64,000 bases of DNA from Phoronis australis (Eukaryota; Animalia; Phoronida), in assembly GCA_002633005.1 (NCBI GenBank), contig NMRA01000596.1:63494-127493 (forward strand), given 5' to 3'. A program made the position numbers and the translations under genes. Below the pieces are notes generated by a model. The model had not been told where the DNA came from. It saw nothing but the letters and a program-made list of their open reading frames with translations, and did no database searches. Numbering within the stretch: the stretch's first letter is position 1; each line of letters begins with the position of its first letter. Positions 11,600 to 23,858 of the stretch are shown here, one piece after another.

Positions 11600-13955
11600 A
11601 CATCTTTTTGGGGTGGCATACTCCTTTAAGCATACTCTTCAGTACACCGTTAACATTTGCTTCATGGATATAAACCGTGCAACTTCTTTCAGTACTTCTG
11701 AGGTAAACTGTGGCACACAGTCACTAAGCACCTCTCGTGGAACGCCAATTCTACACAAGGTTTCAATTAGTGCTTCTGCAACTCGCTCAGCTTCTATTCT
11801 TAGTAGAGGTACTGCCTCTGGATATTTTGTGGCATAGTCTAGGATGGTGAGAAGGTACCGGTTGCCTCTGTCTGTGATTGGCGACACAGGACCAATCAAA
11901 TCGACACCTATACGCTGGAACGGTTCTTCCATACGTGGCATATCACCCAATGGCATTTTAGAGATCCTGCTCTTAGGGGTTGTTCCCTGGCAGATGTCAC
12001 ATGTTCTATAGAAACGATTTATGTCACTGCCAACTCCTGGCCAATAAAAGTTACTGGCTATTCTATCACTGGTCGTCTTCACACCAAGGTGTCCACCAAC
12101 GATTGACTCGTGAGCTAGCACCATTACTTGTTGTCGATATTTGACAGGAATAACTATCTGACGCAATTCTTTGGTGTTATGAGCATGCACTCGGTATAGG
12201 ACCCCCTTCGGCTTCTCATACCAGTATTGAACTCTACCACGTGTTCTTGCTGGTTTGTCTTTCTCAACAAGTTCTGTGAATTTCGGTAGGGAAGGATCAT
12301 CTTGTTGTTCGTCCTAACAATTTGCTGACGTCGAGACTTTCCACTCCGGGTGGAGTCACCGCCAAAGGCTTAATAGGTTTCTCTCTCTTTTTAGCCTGTG
12401 CTCTAGTAGTGACTGCAGACATGACACTACCTTGTGGCTGCCAATTGGGACCAGGATCCTTGCTGACGCCAACAGCGTTCCCAATGACGATCTCGTATAT
12501 CGTTGTTCGCATACTCATCGCCTCGATTTCACCAACGATGTATGGAGTATCTACCTCAATCTTCGCTAAGTGCTGTCCCATCTATTAACACACAGATGTG
12601 TTGTTTCCCCGTCAGTTGACTTGCTTTGACTAGGGACGTTTTGACCGCTGCACTACTGCAACCAGTGTCACCCATCATGCGTACTTTTATTTCATTAACG
12701 TAACTGTCGCAAACGGGCATATTGTGGTCAGCTGGAGGTTCTCTGTGCTTGTCACAGGCTCCTCTCTCTACGGGTATCGATGTCCCATCGACTAATTTCA
12801 GAAAGCCATCAACTATGTGCTGCTCTACCGGGCTACTTATCGCTACCACAGCTTGACACATGTCCGCCTTCTTGGTGTCTTCTTTCTTAGTCCGTTCTTG
12901 TTGCGTGGAGGACGACTGCTCACTTGCAGCGGACCTTTTCTACTGTGATTGTTTCATCCAGCAGGCCCTGGTTAGATGACCCTTGCGAAGACAATTGAAA
13001 CACTCCATGTCACCCTTGTTTCTGGTCATTGACGAACGAAGAGTCTCTGTCCTTCATTCTTCTGTGTTGCTTGGCGGTGCCTGTCTTCTGGCTACCTGTC
13101 CCAAGTCTTTCTTTGCAAACCCTTTGCCCAACAAACCAGTACAATGGGCGTCCATGTACTGTTGAGCAATGGCTGACATCTCGTCGAAGGTCTTCGGTTT
13201 CCGCTCCGTCAGGAATACAGACATCTCAGGATGGCATACTCCCAAAAACTGCTGTCGGATCAGTAAGTCCATCATAAGTCACCTCGACCTCCGCCGGTTG
13301 TGTCCATTGGTCAAAGAACCTTTTCAGTCTTGCCCCGAATTGGAACACGTTTTCACCCTTTTCAGGCTTTAACTCTCTAAACTTCCGTCGGAACCCATCT
13401 TCGGTTAATTCATAGCTGTGCAGTAGTGCCACCTTTAGTTGGTCATAGTTGTTAATTTGGTCGGACGTCATATTGTTGAATACCTGTAGGCCTTTACCAG
13501 TCAACAGTGGACTCCGATCCACAGCCCACTCCGATTTATCTCACTTTTGGCTTGTGGCAAATGTCCCAAATCCGGCTAGGAAGGCATCCATGTCGTCGAC
13601 ACGGTCGTCGAACCCCGGCAGTTTGGGACGACTGGTACGTACACAACTGCTTGAAGCCCCACCACTAGGTGTCGCTTTGAGCTCAATCTGGCGTTGCAGT
13701 GTCTTCTGCTTTTCGATTTCAATAGCTTGGGCCCGCTGTGCTTGTTCCCGTGCAAGCTATGCTTTTTCCAGCTCTTGTCTATGGGCACGCTGTGCTTGTT
13801 GCCGTGCAAGCTCTGCCTTTTCCAGTTCCCGTTTTTGGGTACGCTCTTCACGCTCCAAGGCCTGCCGCAAGAGCTCCTCTGCGCATTTCCTTAACTCTTC
13901 ACCGGTATACATGTAACCGAATTGTTTCGCTTGCGCAATATATTTTTTTAATCCA
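11600..13955 (-). mobile_element. Gmr1-like Ty3/Gypsy LTR retrotransposon remnant (gag/SCAN-like, Zn knuckle, protease, integrase; RT absent)
   Basis: Gag: KLPGFDDRVDDMDAFL..LLTGKG..YDQLKVALL..YELTEDGFRRKFR and DLLIRQQFL. Zinc knuckle: CFNCLRKGHLTRAC (~12965-13005). Protease: MGDTGCS. Integrase: H2C2 (AHES..GHLG..CDICQ) and core PFQRIGVDLIGP..GVPREVLSD. Frameshifted and truncated mid-integrase. Confidence 0.9.
11639..12190 (-). pseudogene. Retroviral-type integrase fragment of the Gypsy remnant
   Basis: The ORF carries the integrase zinc-binding HHCC motif and the first two catalytic Asp motifs. Confidence 0.9.
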
Positions 13956-15045
13956 ATTTAGAGGAAGGGTTTTATTCCCAGAATGCACTTTATTAATTAA
14001 TATTCAAACGGTAATTACAGGATTCAAAACAATTCAACACAACCATGTAAAGCTTTATTTAAAAAACTGTACAGTCAAAATGGCACAGATTTGGCGCTGA
14101 AGGGCACAGAAGCAGTTGGGTCTGTCCCAAAACTACTTGTGTGTCTAATTCGATTTTGATTATTCACGTGCATGAGCATAGAGAGGTTATCACAATGCTA
14201 CGCTTACCACTGGCTACATGAATCACAAGTTAAACTCATTGGAATATGAGCGAGTGCATCCTCTCCTTGTTGCATGCCATATTGTAATGAATTTTGTCAA
14301 AGAACGTGGTAGATATTGAGGCTGGCGCAACATTAAAGCTGCCACTAGAGGTCCCCACGGGAATGGAATCCGTTCGGAAATCTTCGTTGACCTTTCCAAT
14401 AACTGTAAAACTATGCTTATCAGTTGTTACAAACACCAGTCAAAATTTTGGTGTTAAAACGGCTTACTGCCTGCTGGAGTTGTGCGACGGTATGTCGTTT
14501 CCATCGACTAACAGTTTAGCAGTTTCAACTTAGCTTTACAGGTGTGTTTATGCATGTAGTTGAGTTCTCCATGAAGTGATATTGTCTGTTTCTATTACAC
14601 ATTTAGCGTATCTTGCCAGATGTTTTATTGCGAATGTGCTTCTTCGATTTAAGGTAACTTGATAACACCAGTGTGATGTTTGTATGCTTTTAGTTTTAGT
14701 CTCGCATATACTGTACGATTCTTAGACGAGAGTTGTAAGAAAACGTTGTTGTAACGCAAGCCGCCATATTGAAATATATTTAGTTTTTATCATGAGCTGA
14801 GGTTTATATGCCTCTTACTACATAAAATATAACACCCAGCTTTGTTCTGTTAGATTTGGTATGTCTTAAAGTGTCTCATAAAGTGTAAAACATCTACCCT
14901 ACACGTGACTCTGCTCTATCTTGTTACACATTTCTGAGTGTTGATAGGGTGCACAGTACTAATCTTTTCTTTTATGAAATAAAACTATCTAATCGCGCAG
15001 TTATCTGACATTTGGGTAACCCTGCAGCGTGAAACATCCATTCAC

Positions 15046-16416
15046 ATGTTGACATATCTTTCAGGTGCTGCAATGAGAATTAGAGTCAAGACTTGGTGCG
15101 TTGCACTGGCCTGTGCCCTAGTTCTCTCCTTTCTCGTAATCCTTTTATCCCTATATGAATGGGACATGAGTCTTAAAGTGTATTCCCCGATAGTGCGTGC
15201 AATTATTGGAACACAGAATGGCACCGTGAATGGAATGGAAAGTGAAAACAACCCACACGTGGTTGAGTTACTTGTGCGCGTGTCGACCGTCAATACGGCA
15301 GGTAAGAATCTTTTGGGGCGATTTTTCTGCATGGTGATGCGAACTCTGGTACTTTATTGGTCTCCAATCTATGGAGATACAATTGTTGTTATCATGGATG
15401 ACGAGAGCAAAGAGGACCACAGAGTGGGTGAAATTTTGGCGAAAAAGAAATTTGATTTCATACGACCGGTTGTTAAGTTTGAGCCCCTTCCGGAGAATCC
15501 CAAGAAACTGGCTGACTGTCCTGATCCAAACCACGGGGACTTCGGTTATAAACGACAGTTGTACAGCAGTTTCTTCATGGACCGGTATTCGTCAGCGGAA
15601 GTCCTTGGATGGATTGATACGGACGTTATTTTCACAATTCCTGCGATGCCTAATGACGTCATCAGGGAAGGAAGGGTAGTAGCATACGGAGCATCTTCTC
15701 GAATGAGACATTCATGGGTTTTGAAGTGGTTTCAGACAGTTAACATTGCTATTGGGTATCCGGCTGTAGCCGACTGTATGACCTATTTCCCAACATACTT
15801 TTGGAGAGACACGTTTTCAAACTTCCGAACTTTTGCAAAGAGGCGATTCAACACTAAGTCATTTGACGAAGCATTTTACGAAATCTATCAAGTGAATATT
15901 ATAAGCCCTGTTTGTATACTGTGCAACTACGCGTGGTATTACGAACGAGAAAGATACGATTGGCATCTGGATTTGACTGACCTAGAGTTTATGAACTATT
16001 ATAACGTCAAACATAAAAACATCTTAAATGTGAGACCACAAGATGTCACGTGGAAAATGCATCACGCCTTTCATAACAGTAATCCTGACGGGCAAGCAAA
16101 ACCAGGAACTGACTATTTACGACAAACACAAATAACGTACTGCAAACTGTATGAACACGTATATGGCAACGGTTCAAAGATCTGTGATCAATTTAATAGC
16201 ACCATTTTCTTAAAGTATTTTGAATTCAGTGACGAAACATGGTGCAAAGGGAAACAGGGTTATGCGAAGTGTAAACAAATGATTGAAGACAGGTATCTAG
16301 CGCTAGCCCCGTTAATTAAAAATACAACAATTCCTTTTGATATCTCACGGGTAAAAAATGTGGAAAAGATAGCCAAATCATTGAACATATCGTGTCCGGA
16401 TTTCGGGTTAAACTAG
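15046..16416 (+). CDS. Type II membrane protein with a single coding exon, putative GT-A fold glycosyltransferase (DUF6492-like); nested antisense in intron 2 of paralogue A
   Basis: Intact 456-codon ORF with a short basic N-terminus and a TM helix (WCVALACALVLSFLVILLSL). It has IVVIMDDES and GYKRQLYSSFFMDRYSSAEVLGWIDTDVIFT (DxD after a hydrophobic strand) and a Cys-containing luminal C-terminus. An acceptor-like tatctttcag at 15055-15064 suggests the true start is ATG 15073 (447 aa). Family assignment is inferred. Confidence 0.85.
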   Translation: MLTYLSGAAMRIRVKTWCVALACALVLSFLVILLSLYEWDMSLKVYSPIVRAIIGTQNGTVNGMESENNPHVVELLVRVSTVNTAGKNLLGRFFCMVMRTLVLYWSPIYGDTIVVIMDDESKEDHRVGEILAKKKFDFIRPVVKFEPLPENPKKLADCPDPNHGDFGYKRQLYSSFFMDRYSSAEVLGWIDTDVIFTIPAMPNDVIREGRVVAYGASSRMRHSWVLKWFQTVNIAIGYPAVADCMTYFPTYFWRDTFSNFRTFAKRRFNTKSFDEAFYEIYQVNIISPVCILCNYAWYYERERYDWHLDLTDLEFMNYYNVKHKNILNVRPQDVTWKMHHAFHNSNPDGQAKPGTDYLRQTQITYCKLYEHVYGNGSKICDQFNSTIFLKYFEFSDETWCKGKQGYAKCKQMIEDRYLALAPLIKNTTIPFDISRVKNVEKIAKSLNISCPDFGLN

Positions 16417-16539
16417 CATTGGTGTAACCAGGGTGGATCTGGTCATGCCGAAGGTCTATTCATTCTACTGGAAATCAAGTTCGAAATTATATTTTTCATA
16501 TTTGATAGAGCTACTGTACTTTCGTACAAATTCAAAAAA

Positions 16540-16770
16540 TTTTGTTCTGTACTCGAGTATATTATGGCTCGTGGTTATGATTTACCAGTCCATAATCATG
16601 ACACCCAGATTCTAGTAAAACTCGACATTTTCGAGTCAAACTTTTAGCCTTATTGTTGGAGTCAGAATGTACTCGAGCACAGAATGATACAAAGTTAAGT
16701 ACTCACAAACCTAGACAATAAGATTCCAAAAAATATTTAGATTCGACTAAAATGTTTAAGCACCGGGCCT
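16540..16770. repeat. Dispersed ACTCGA-rich repeat (probable Harbinger-type MITE family)
   Basis: Recurrent ACTCGAG/AACTCGA motifs and a GCACCGGGCC end. Similar blocks occur at ~30985-31300, ~47950-48260, ~38865-39010 and ~55605-55745. Confidence 0.45.
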
Positions 16771-19700
16771 TGGTATTGCTTGTTCTCAACCTCACCCTCA
16801 CTTTGGCGCCCATAAGTTCATAATAGGCTTATCTTCAATCGTAGTATCATTCCTGGAAAAACTTTTTTGTCATTTATGTCATTGTTCAGACATCAGAAAA
16901 GGTGAACAGTAGTTCATACTACTACCAATGGACGTGATAAAACTGTCAAATAATTGAATTCATATTAATGATCACAAAAATTATAATCTATGTTTGTCAT
17001 GGTTTCTACGGAACTCGTCGTTTTAAAATATTACATGAGACTGTTAATTCCCTTCCTAGAATTTTCATTCGTGGAGCACCAGCTCCGAGTGAGATACATG
17101 TACATTTGTACAGTACACGTATTTTTTCCAAACATTGCGATACGGAAAGTAACTGCCAAGAAAATGTACTATTCTATTTAGCAGCCTCTGTGTGAACTTA
17201 ATCGTCGTTACAAATTACGTATTTTTTTACGAAATATGCAAATAAACGAACAAATTTCAATGAAAGTTTACCATTAATCTCCATTCCATGACAATAGCCA
17301 AGTCATTGTGACAGCATGTCAAAAAACTAATCATTTCTCATTGAAGTCACGTAAAATGACTTGTTTAACGATTCATTGTTACATCTCCGGGTATTGTTAT
17401 TAAAATGAGCAAATTTGATTATCATCTAATTTTTACTATACGTAAACAGGTCATTTCGTTTTCATCTCATTTGCCTGATGCAATCTTGGCTCACGGGGTA
17501 AAAATCAAGTGATTTCTTGTCTAACCTTATGAAGAACTTTATCGAAAAATACAATTAGCAAAATATCTCAAAACCTCACTCAGCAAACGCCTACATTTCC
17601 TGAAAGCAAAATTTTATAGAAATTGGTTTTTATTTCATACCAATGAAATAAGGGCACGTGACCTTGCTTATTTAAGAAAAAATAAGTGTACATGCATGTC
17701 AAAGCAAGAGGAACAATAACACGGCCAAGTTTTGTATGATATACATGTAAACGTTCAAGATAAAACCCCACAAACGCTGCTACTATTTTTTAATAATCGT
17801 TTTGTTTTTTCTTTATACAATTTTAATTTTTCCATCAAAATCTTATGGGTCGTATGGTGATAGCCCCTTATGAAAAATTATAAAAATTCTTCAAAACGTT
17901 AACAAAAGCGCCACAGAACAGGGCATGAAGCATAGCACGAGTATCTGAAAATTTTATGTGAATTAGGTCAGCCATTTCTGAGATACGATGCTAGCCAAAG
18001 CACTGGTGAACATTTTTCTAGGGTTCTACATAACATTAACTGCCTTAAACTCCGACACTCCACTTGACGTGAACAGCGGATAAAAGTGGATACAATCGCC
18101 GACAAGCGGGCTCCACTGTATCATGCGAGGGTCTAGTGGTAAATTTATCATCTACTTAGATATCACAAAGGAGAAGTGTCGAAATCGAGAATAGCAGTGG
18201 AAGGTCAACCAGAGTTTAAGCTAAAAATGTAATGGCTGATAATGTGATTGCGTAATCTATTACTGGAATTTATATCAAACGCACTGTAAAACTGTAATAT
18301 AACTGCAGCCATAATTTTAATTTTCTTTCTAACTCTTTGATCATCTCTACAATGCTATTCATGTACAAAAATCGTTGTGCATATTTACACTACTCTAACT
18401 ACGATATAATTTCGATGTTGGGGGGCTGACAGTTTCTGTGGATACAGATGTGTTGACAATAGATCGTCGGATCGACTCCCGCTTAAGGGCACGCCCGGGA
18501 CGGAACATGTACATGGATATATATAGGTTATACATGTACAACGTAAGTGTTTGTACCAGTGGTTATTATATCGAGATTCGTGATATGCAAAGGTATTTGA
18601 ACGAACGCAAAGCCCGAGAATTCCAAAGGAGAAAGAGGACAGTGTCTGAGGCAACTGTTTGCTATGTTGCTCGTTGAAAACGCCTTTCCATTTTTAGAAA
18701 TGTATTAGCAAGCTCCTAACTACAGGTATGCTAATGTATAGCAGGAACTAAACGACAATGCTATTTGAACATAATCTACATGTCGCTAAACAAAGTGCAG
18801 TTTTATTCATTGACAAGTTATAAATGTGAAAACAATGAAATAATGCAAATCAGTGACCTTTACACTAATGACGTATCTTGGGGCTCACATAATCCGCATC
18901 ATGCAGTGTTATTCCCCAACACCACATCACGGTACAGTGTACTTAGTGGACACGCCGTTGGGCGATTAACGGCGGTACTATATTTCGACACAAAACCCGT
19001 TCTTAAAAAACATTTGAGAATTTCAACCTACTTCATACAAAGTATTCACATCGTCACTATATGTACATGTATGTGAGCGAAATGTGACCGAGTATTCCAG
19101 AGTTATTAGGAATAAGCGTGCAAGTTCCTCTTTAAGAGGTCAAATCCAATTAAATGCGCTACATATCCTAAAAGTGTGCTCATCTTTTAGTCCTAGAAAT
19201 ACGATAGTTGTCAACTCTGACAGTTTGCTGTTGTCGCTTTGGAGAGAAAGTGAATTCAGGGATGTTGGCTCCAGCGAGGGATTGGCACATCGTTGTGCTT
19301 CCCCAAACCCCATAGAGATGAAGACACGATGCACTTATGAAGTGCAGATGGCGACTTTGTTTGCCGTGATTTCGATGGATTACTGTTACATTGGTATAGT
19401 GAAAGCATACTTCCACTGGTTGGCATTAATTACAAACTCCACCTTCGTCAGCATGTGAGGGGTGGATATCGTCGGCCTCTACGCTTTTGTAAAAGTTGCA
19501 ATCCCGAGTGTGCCAGCGATTTTTATGCACCTCACGGACGAGTCTGTCTTATAAAAAAACATATTTGAACAGAATCGTCGATGTTTCATCGGTTATTACG
19601 GCTCACTCGACTGACCATAGTTTTGTTGGAAATTAGGCGTAGATGTCAGGGGTTCGACGTTGCTCTAAATCACCAATGAATTTCTTAAATTTTACATATT

Positions 19701-20974
19701 GTATGTTTCGGTCTTTAACTACTAAATTTGTAAAAGTGTTCAGGTCACCCAATTACCTTTTACCGTTACAGCAGACTAAACTGAAACCACCTACATGTAC
19801 ATGAAATTCACATTTTTAAACGCCTTTAACTACGTTTCTCTGTAAACTGATTGTCTTACGTCGTCATACATGTAAGTAAAGGTTTTGACTTATACACCAA
19901 AAGTTTCACCGTTAAAACTGAGCTTAGATTTATTAACTACAGTGTACATGTATGTCAGCGTATACAACGTCACGTAAGTGTAGGCGGTTCGATCTTCTAA
20001 AAATTTTGTCAATATCGAGATCCCTTATTAAAATATTTCACAAGATGACGATTATGTTACGCTCTTGGAATTGCGTAATAAATTGGCGTGAATAATCTAG
20101 GAAGTGATTATTCTGAAGTGAAATTTCAAAAGAGATATGCATGAACAAGCCTTTAGGAAAATTCTCAAACAAATTTAGCTTATGTGCACCCCCGATGCAA
20201 TCCAAGCTTATTCACTTTGCGTGATCTTGTGTCATCTCGTCATCTTACGAAAACGCACTCTATGAAACGTATCCCATAAGCATCAGATACTGGAAAGCAG
20301 TAACGGATTAGGGCAATGAGATAATTAATGTACTCATGGATTAGAGTAACTTCGCTCTACTGCATAGGGCACGCACTAAATAACAGGAACGTCTCATAGC
20401 CACAGGGGACGAAACTTTTGGCGCGCTGCTTCCGGGATTGTATCAACATTTTGGAGAGAGAGGTCTGAAGAACAGGGGTGAAGTCATTAGGTTTTACAAC
20501 TGGTGGAAATTTGTTACGTCCAGGGCTAGTCCAAATCAGTGGGCCGCCAGACTTTATTTGGCTTAATAGGTGTCACGGATGGTTTCGGCCGACGGTCTAG
20601 ATTCTTGGGTGTTTTGTGACATCGAGTAAGTCGGCTACACCTTAGTTTTTTGCATCTGTTGTAAGCGAACACGTGCTCTCGGGAGGCACACGCCAGTGTA
20701 CATACTTCGCTGCAGATTGGGTCTCACATGCAACAAATCAGAGTTGTGCATATAAATCCCGACACGATGCTGCGTACATCTACATGTATCTGTACCCGCA
20801 AGCATGCTTGTCTAGAAAAACACAGGGAAGTTCCCTGCGCACGAGAACCATCTACATGAACGTGTAATAAACTTACATGTACCTGTGATAGACGAAATGC
20901 ACATTTTTTAGTCTTGGACAGCATTCTTTATCAATTTATTTAGTCAACTTTGGAAGAATTTCGAAATTTTTTAC

Positions 20975-21113
20975 CTGAAAACAGGTGCATTGGACACTTT
21001 GTACTCTATTTTAAACGTCTGCATGAATCCACCATTCCATTGCGCTTTCCAGGTTAGTGTGACGTTGTTTGCGTTGATTCCACTTACATTTAACGTTGGT
21101 GATGACGGCGGTC
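20975..21113 (-). CDS. Paralogue A exon 2 (FN3 N-terminal half); not in the ORF track
   Basis: GPPSSPTLNVSGINANNVTLTWKAQWNGGFMQTFKIEYKVSNAPVF; ttctcag acceptor, AG|gtaaaa donor; 139 nt. Confidence 0.9.
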
Positions 21114-21499
21114 CTGAGAAGACGAAGTTTATTATCTAATTCTCACTATCTTTTAAAGATACATATTTGTATATCTGCGAAGACTGAACCTGAACTTTTC
21201 GATGACAAAATCTTTCGAAGCTTACCTTATTGAAGTCTCTCTAAAGATGCTGCACCCAAATTTGACGAATGACACGGTTAAAATGTTTAGCTTGAGAATT
21301 TACAGAGAATAACTAAAAACTGTTAAGTTAAACTGAAGCGACAAATTTCCCGTCGTACAACGAAGGAGTTGTTGTGTTATCATGCCAAACATAATGGGAG
21401 CAAGTGCTGAAAAATCAGTTTGCAAAATAATTTAAAAAATGGCATACTTAAATCACATCAGTCCGGGTGAATATGTTTACTTAAATAAGCTTTCCTTAC

Positions 21500-21830
21500 C
21501 GAAATTCATACTTATCCACGTCCACGAGGAATCGGTCTGTAAAACGATGTTTGTCTCATCATCACGCACGTGCAGGTCGTTCAGTTCACAAAGTTTAGCA
21601 CTCTGGTGAAAGTTAACCGACAAACAATGTCCCGTGGCACGATACTCCAGAAAACATAAATGTACGCAATGCGTGTGCTTCCAGCTCTTTAAAACTTTAC
21701 CTATACGAGATGCGTTAGTTAATCTCTTTCCATCTCTTGGACGTACTGCGTTGAACATTGCTCCTAATCCTTCGCACATTAACCCAACGCCCAAAAAATA
21801 GATTACGATGACTTGCAATTGTAGGTACAT
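21500..21830 (-). CDS. Paralogue A exon 1 (signal peptide + PAN/Apple domain)
   Basis: Hydrophobic N-terminus; GKRL..HCVHLC..CLSVNF..CELN (4-Cys PAN core); donor G|gtaagg; 331 nt. Confidence 0.9.
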
Positions 21831-22609
21831 GATGTTTCTTGAATGCTGCGAAGTGAATTAGTAGTCGTTATTGATAGACGTACATGTATAGCAGGCTCGG
21901 CACAGCAATCGATCACCGATAAAACGATTGTTTGAAGAATTATTTAAATTGCGAACAATCAAACGAAACGAATGTTAGTACCCTTCTTACCTTGCATTAT
22001 CCCGTTAAAATGTGGAAATTGTTCAAATATGAAGTTCTGAAGTAGTAGACTAACTTTGCTAAAGGCAAATTCGTCTAAGTGGTTGGTAAAGTTAACTCTG
22101 AATAACACATAGCGCCATTCGTTGCAGCAACATCAATCTCGTTTGTGCCAATAGAATGAAATAAAACGTACACTACTGCAATTGCACCCAGAAATCGTCA
22201 CTATTGAAACGAAAACGATGAACTCCATCCCATCATTTCCGTGGCCGCCATTTTGCTAGGACACCCTTACACAAGCACTTGCAACTTTTGCGTGATTTTG
22301 CGTGATTTTAGGGCATTCCAAGCCCGTTCATTTTCAGCACATTCGGCTTTATTCGTTAGCGCGCTAGGTTTCTCGGATTCCGCATTGCTTGATTATTTAG
22401 ACCTGTACCCAACTGCATTCTTTAAATGTCATTGGCACACTGACCAATTCATTCATGCGTAAAAGCAATTCGTTTTCTGTCAGAGACACTGGAATTCATT
22501 ATTGTTGTAGTCGACCCACACAGTAACTACGATGTAATGATATACAATCACAGAAAAGAAACCTGTTACTGAGTTCCATATAACCTGGTATGTGGAAGAC
22601 TCCCTGCCG

Positions 22610-22823
22610 TTTTTTTTTTTTTTTTTTTTTTTTTTAATTGCAGGCGAACTGATACACGTTGTACCAGACATGCGAATGCCTGGCATATGGGCCCATTGCA
22701 CCAAGCTGAGGTGCTAGAAACCTGGCTCAAGGGCTTACATGTAGCAGTGTGACCTAGTGGGACTCGAACCCACGACCTCGAGTGAAGAAAGCGGGCACTT
22801 ATCAACCAGGTCACACTGCCTCC
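22610..22823 (-). mobile_element. tRNA-derived SINE with poly(A) tail
   Basis: Minus strand has B box GGTTCGAGTCC (22760-22770), an A-box-like GTGACCTGGTTG, CCCTTGAGC after the tRNA head, and an A26 tail (T run 22610-22635). Confidence 0.8.
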
Positions 22824-23763
22824 TCTTGTTAGTGATATCGTCAGCGCATACATGTATCCCCGGAGATAAAATATCACACACGACTAAGTCAGTTCTTCCA
22901 ACCTGCTTACCATTTGTTATTCAGAAAATCATGAAAATTTGATTCTCTGAATAATATTCAGCTAAGAGGGATAAACGCCGCAACTTTTTCGTGATAATGT
23001 CATTTGCTTCACTGTTGCTTGAGAAGGTTATCGGATTTTAAATTTTTAATGACCGATATGGGCCTCCGTGCCCGTGATATATGTAAACTAAAACGAATAA
23101 AATTATGTGGTACATCGGAATCACAGTCTGATAAAGTAAAAAATTTAGCCGAACGAGGACATTTTGAGCCACCATAATTCTAATGAAGTGCAGGCGAATT
23201 AACGACTCGTTTTATGCCCAGCATCATATTTGTGGGATATCATAAAATGCTGTCCTGCGTATTGATAATTTTTTTTCTGAATTTATTGTGGTGCAGTATT
23301 TGCTTAACAATATGCACTGAACCTATATAGCAACAATCGGAATTATTTTATCCTGTTTATTTACATAATCTTTCTATTGTGACGCCACGCCCGCGTGGTT
23401 GGCAGGTTTTTAAAATGTTTCGAAGAAGGAAAGCAAAAATATTATTCAGATCATGGACTGAATATACTTCAATTCACGTACGTGTAGTAGAATAGTGTGT
23501 CTAGATTTCATCAGAAGCAGCTATTGCTTTTTTTTAATGAGTTAAGTAAAAAATAGTAAAAAAGCCATTAAAGGCCGGGGACACAAACATGAATGCTCTG
23601 CACTGCAATGAATAAAGTTCGGATGTTAACATCATATCACAGAATAATCAAGAACGCGACAAAAGGGATCCACAGAAAAGACCAGAGAAGGATACAGCCT
23701 CATTCCTAAATGCCGTTCTTGCACTATTGACTGTAATGCCCATTCTATCCAACAAGTGCCACA

Positions 23764-23858
23764 CTCTCTCCCCATCTCCTCATCTTCCCTCTCTCCCTCT
23801 CTTCCTCTCTCCCCCTCCCTCTACCGCTATCCCTCAACCCCCACCTTACCCTCCCCCT
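23764..23858. repeat. C/T-rich low-complexity tract
   Basis: Visible pyrimidine tract (ctctccc...ccctcccc). Confidence 0.7.

Larger units (their letters stand above)
5881..21830 (-). other. Gene span, paralogue A: secreted PAN-FN3-Caspr-type fibrinogen/COLFI-like protein (exons 1-5; exon 6 not in window)
   Basis: join(21830-21500, 21113-20975, 8997-8834, 7561-7407, 6157-5881). All junctions are GT-AG with phases 1,2,1,0,1, identical to copies B and C, and the frame is open throughout. Confidence 0.85.

Noticed and set aside
13449-14100. Plus-strand ORFs of 155, 66 and 120 aa
   Set aside because: Antisense to the coiled-coil gag region of the Gypsy remnant.
22744-22819. Possible tRNA gene
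   Set aside because: It has a B box and a closing stem but no convincing D or anticodon arms, and it continues into a body and poly(A) tail, so it is a SINE head.
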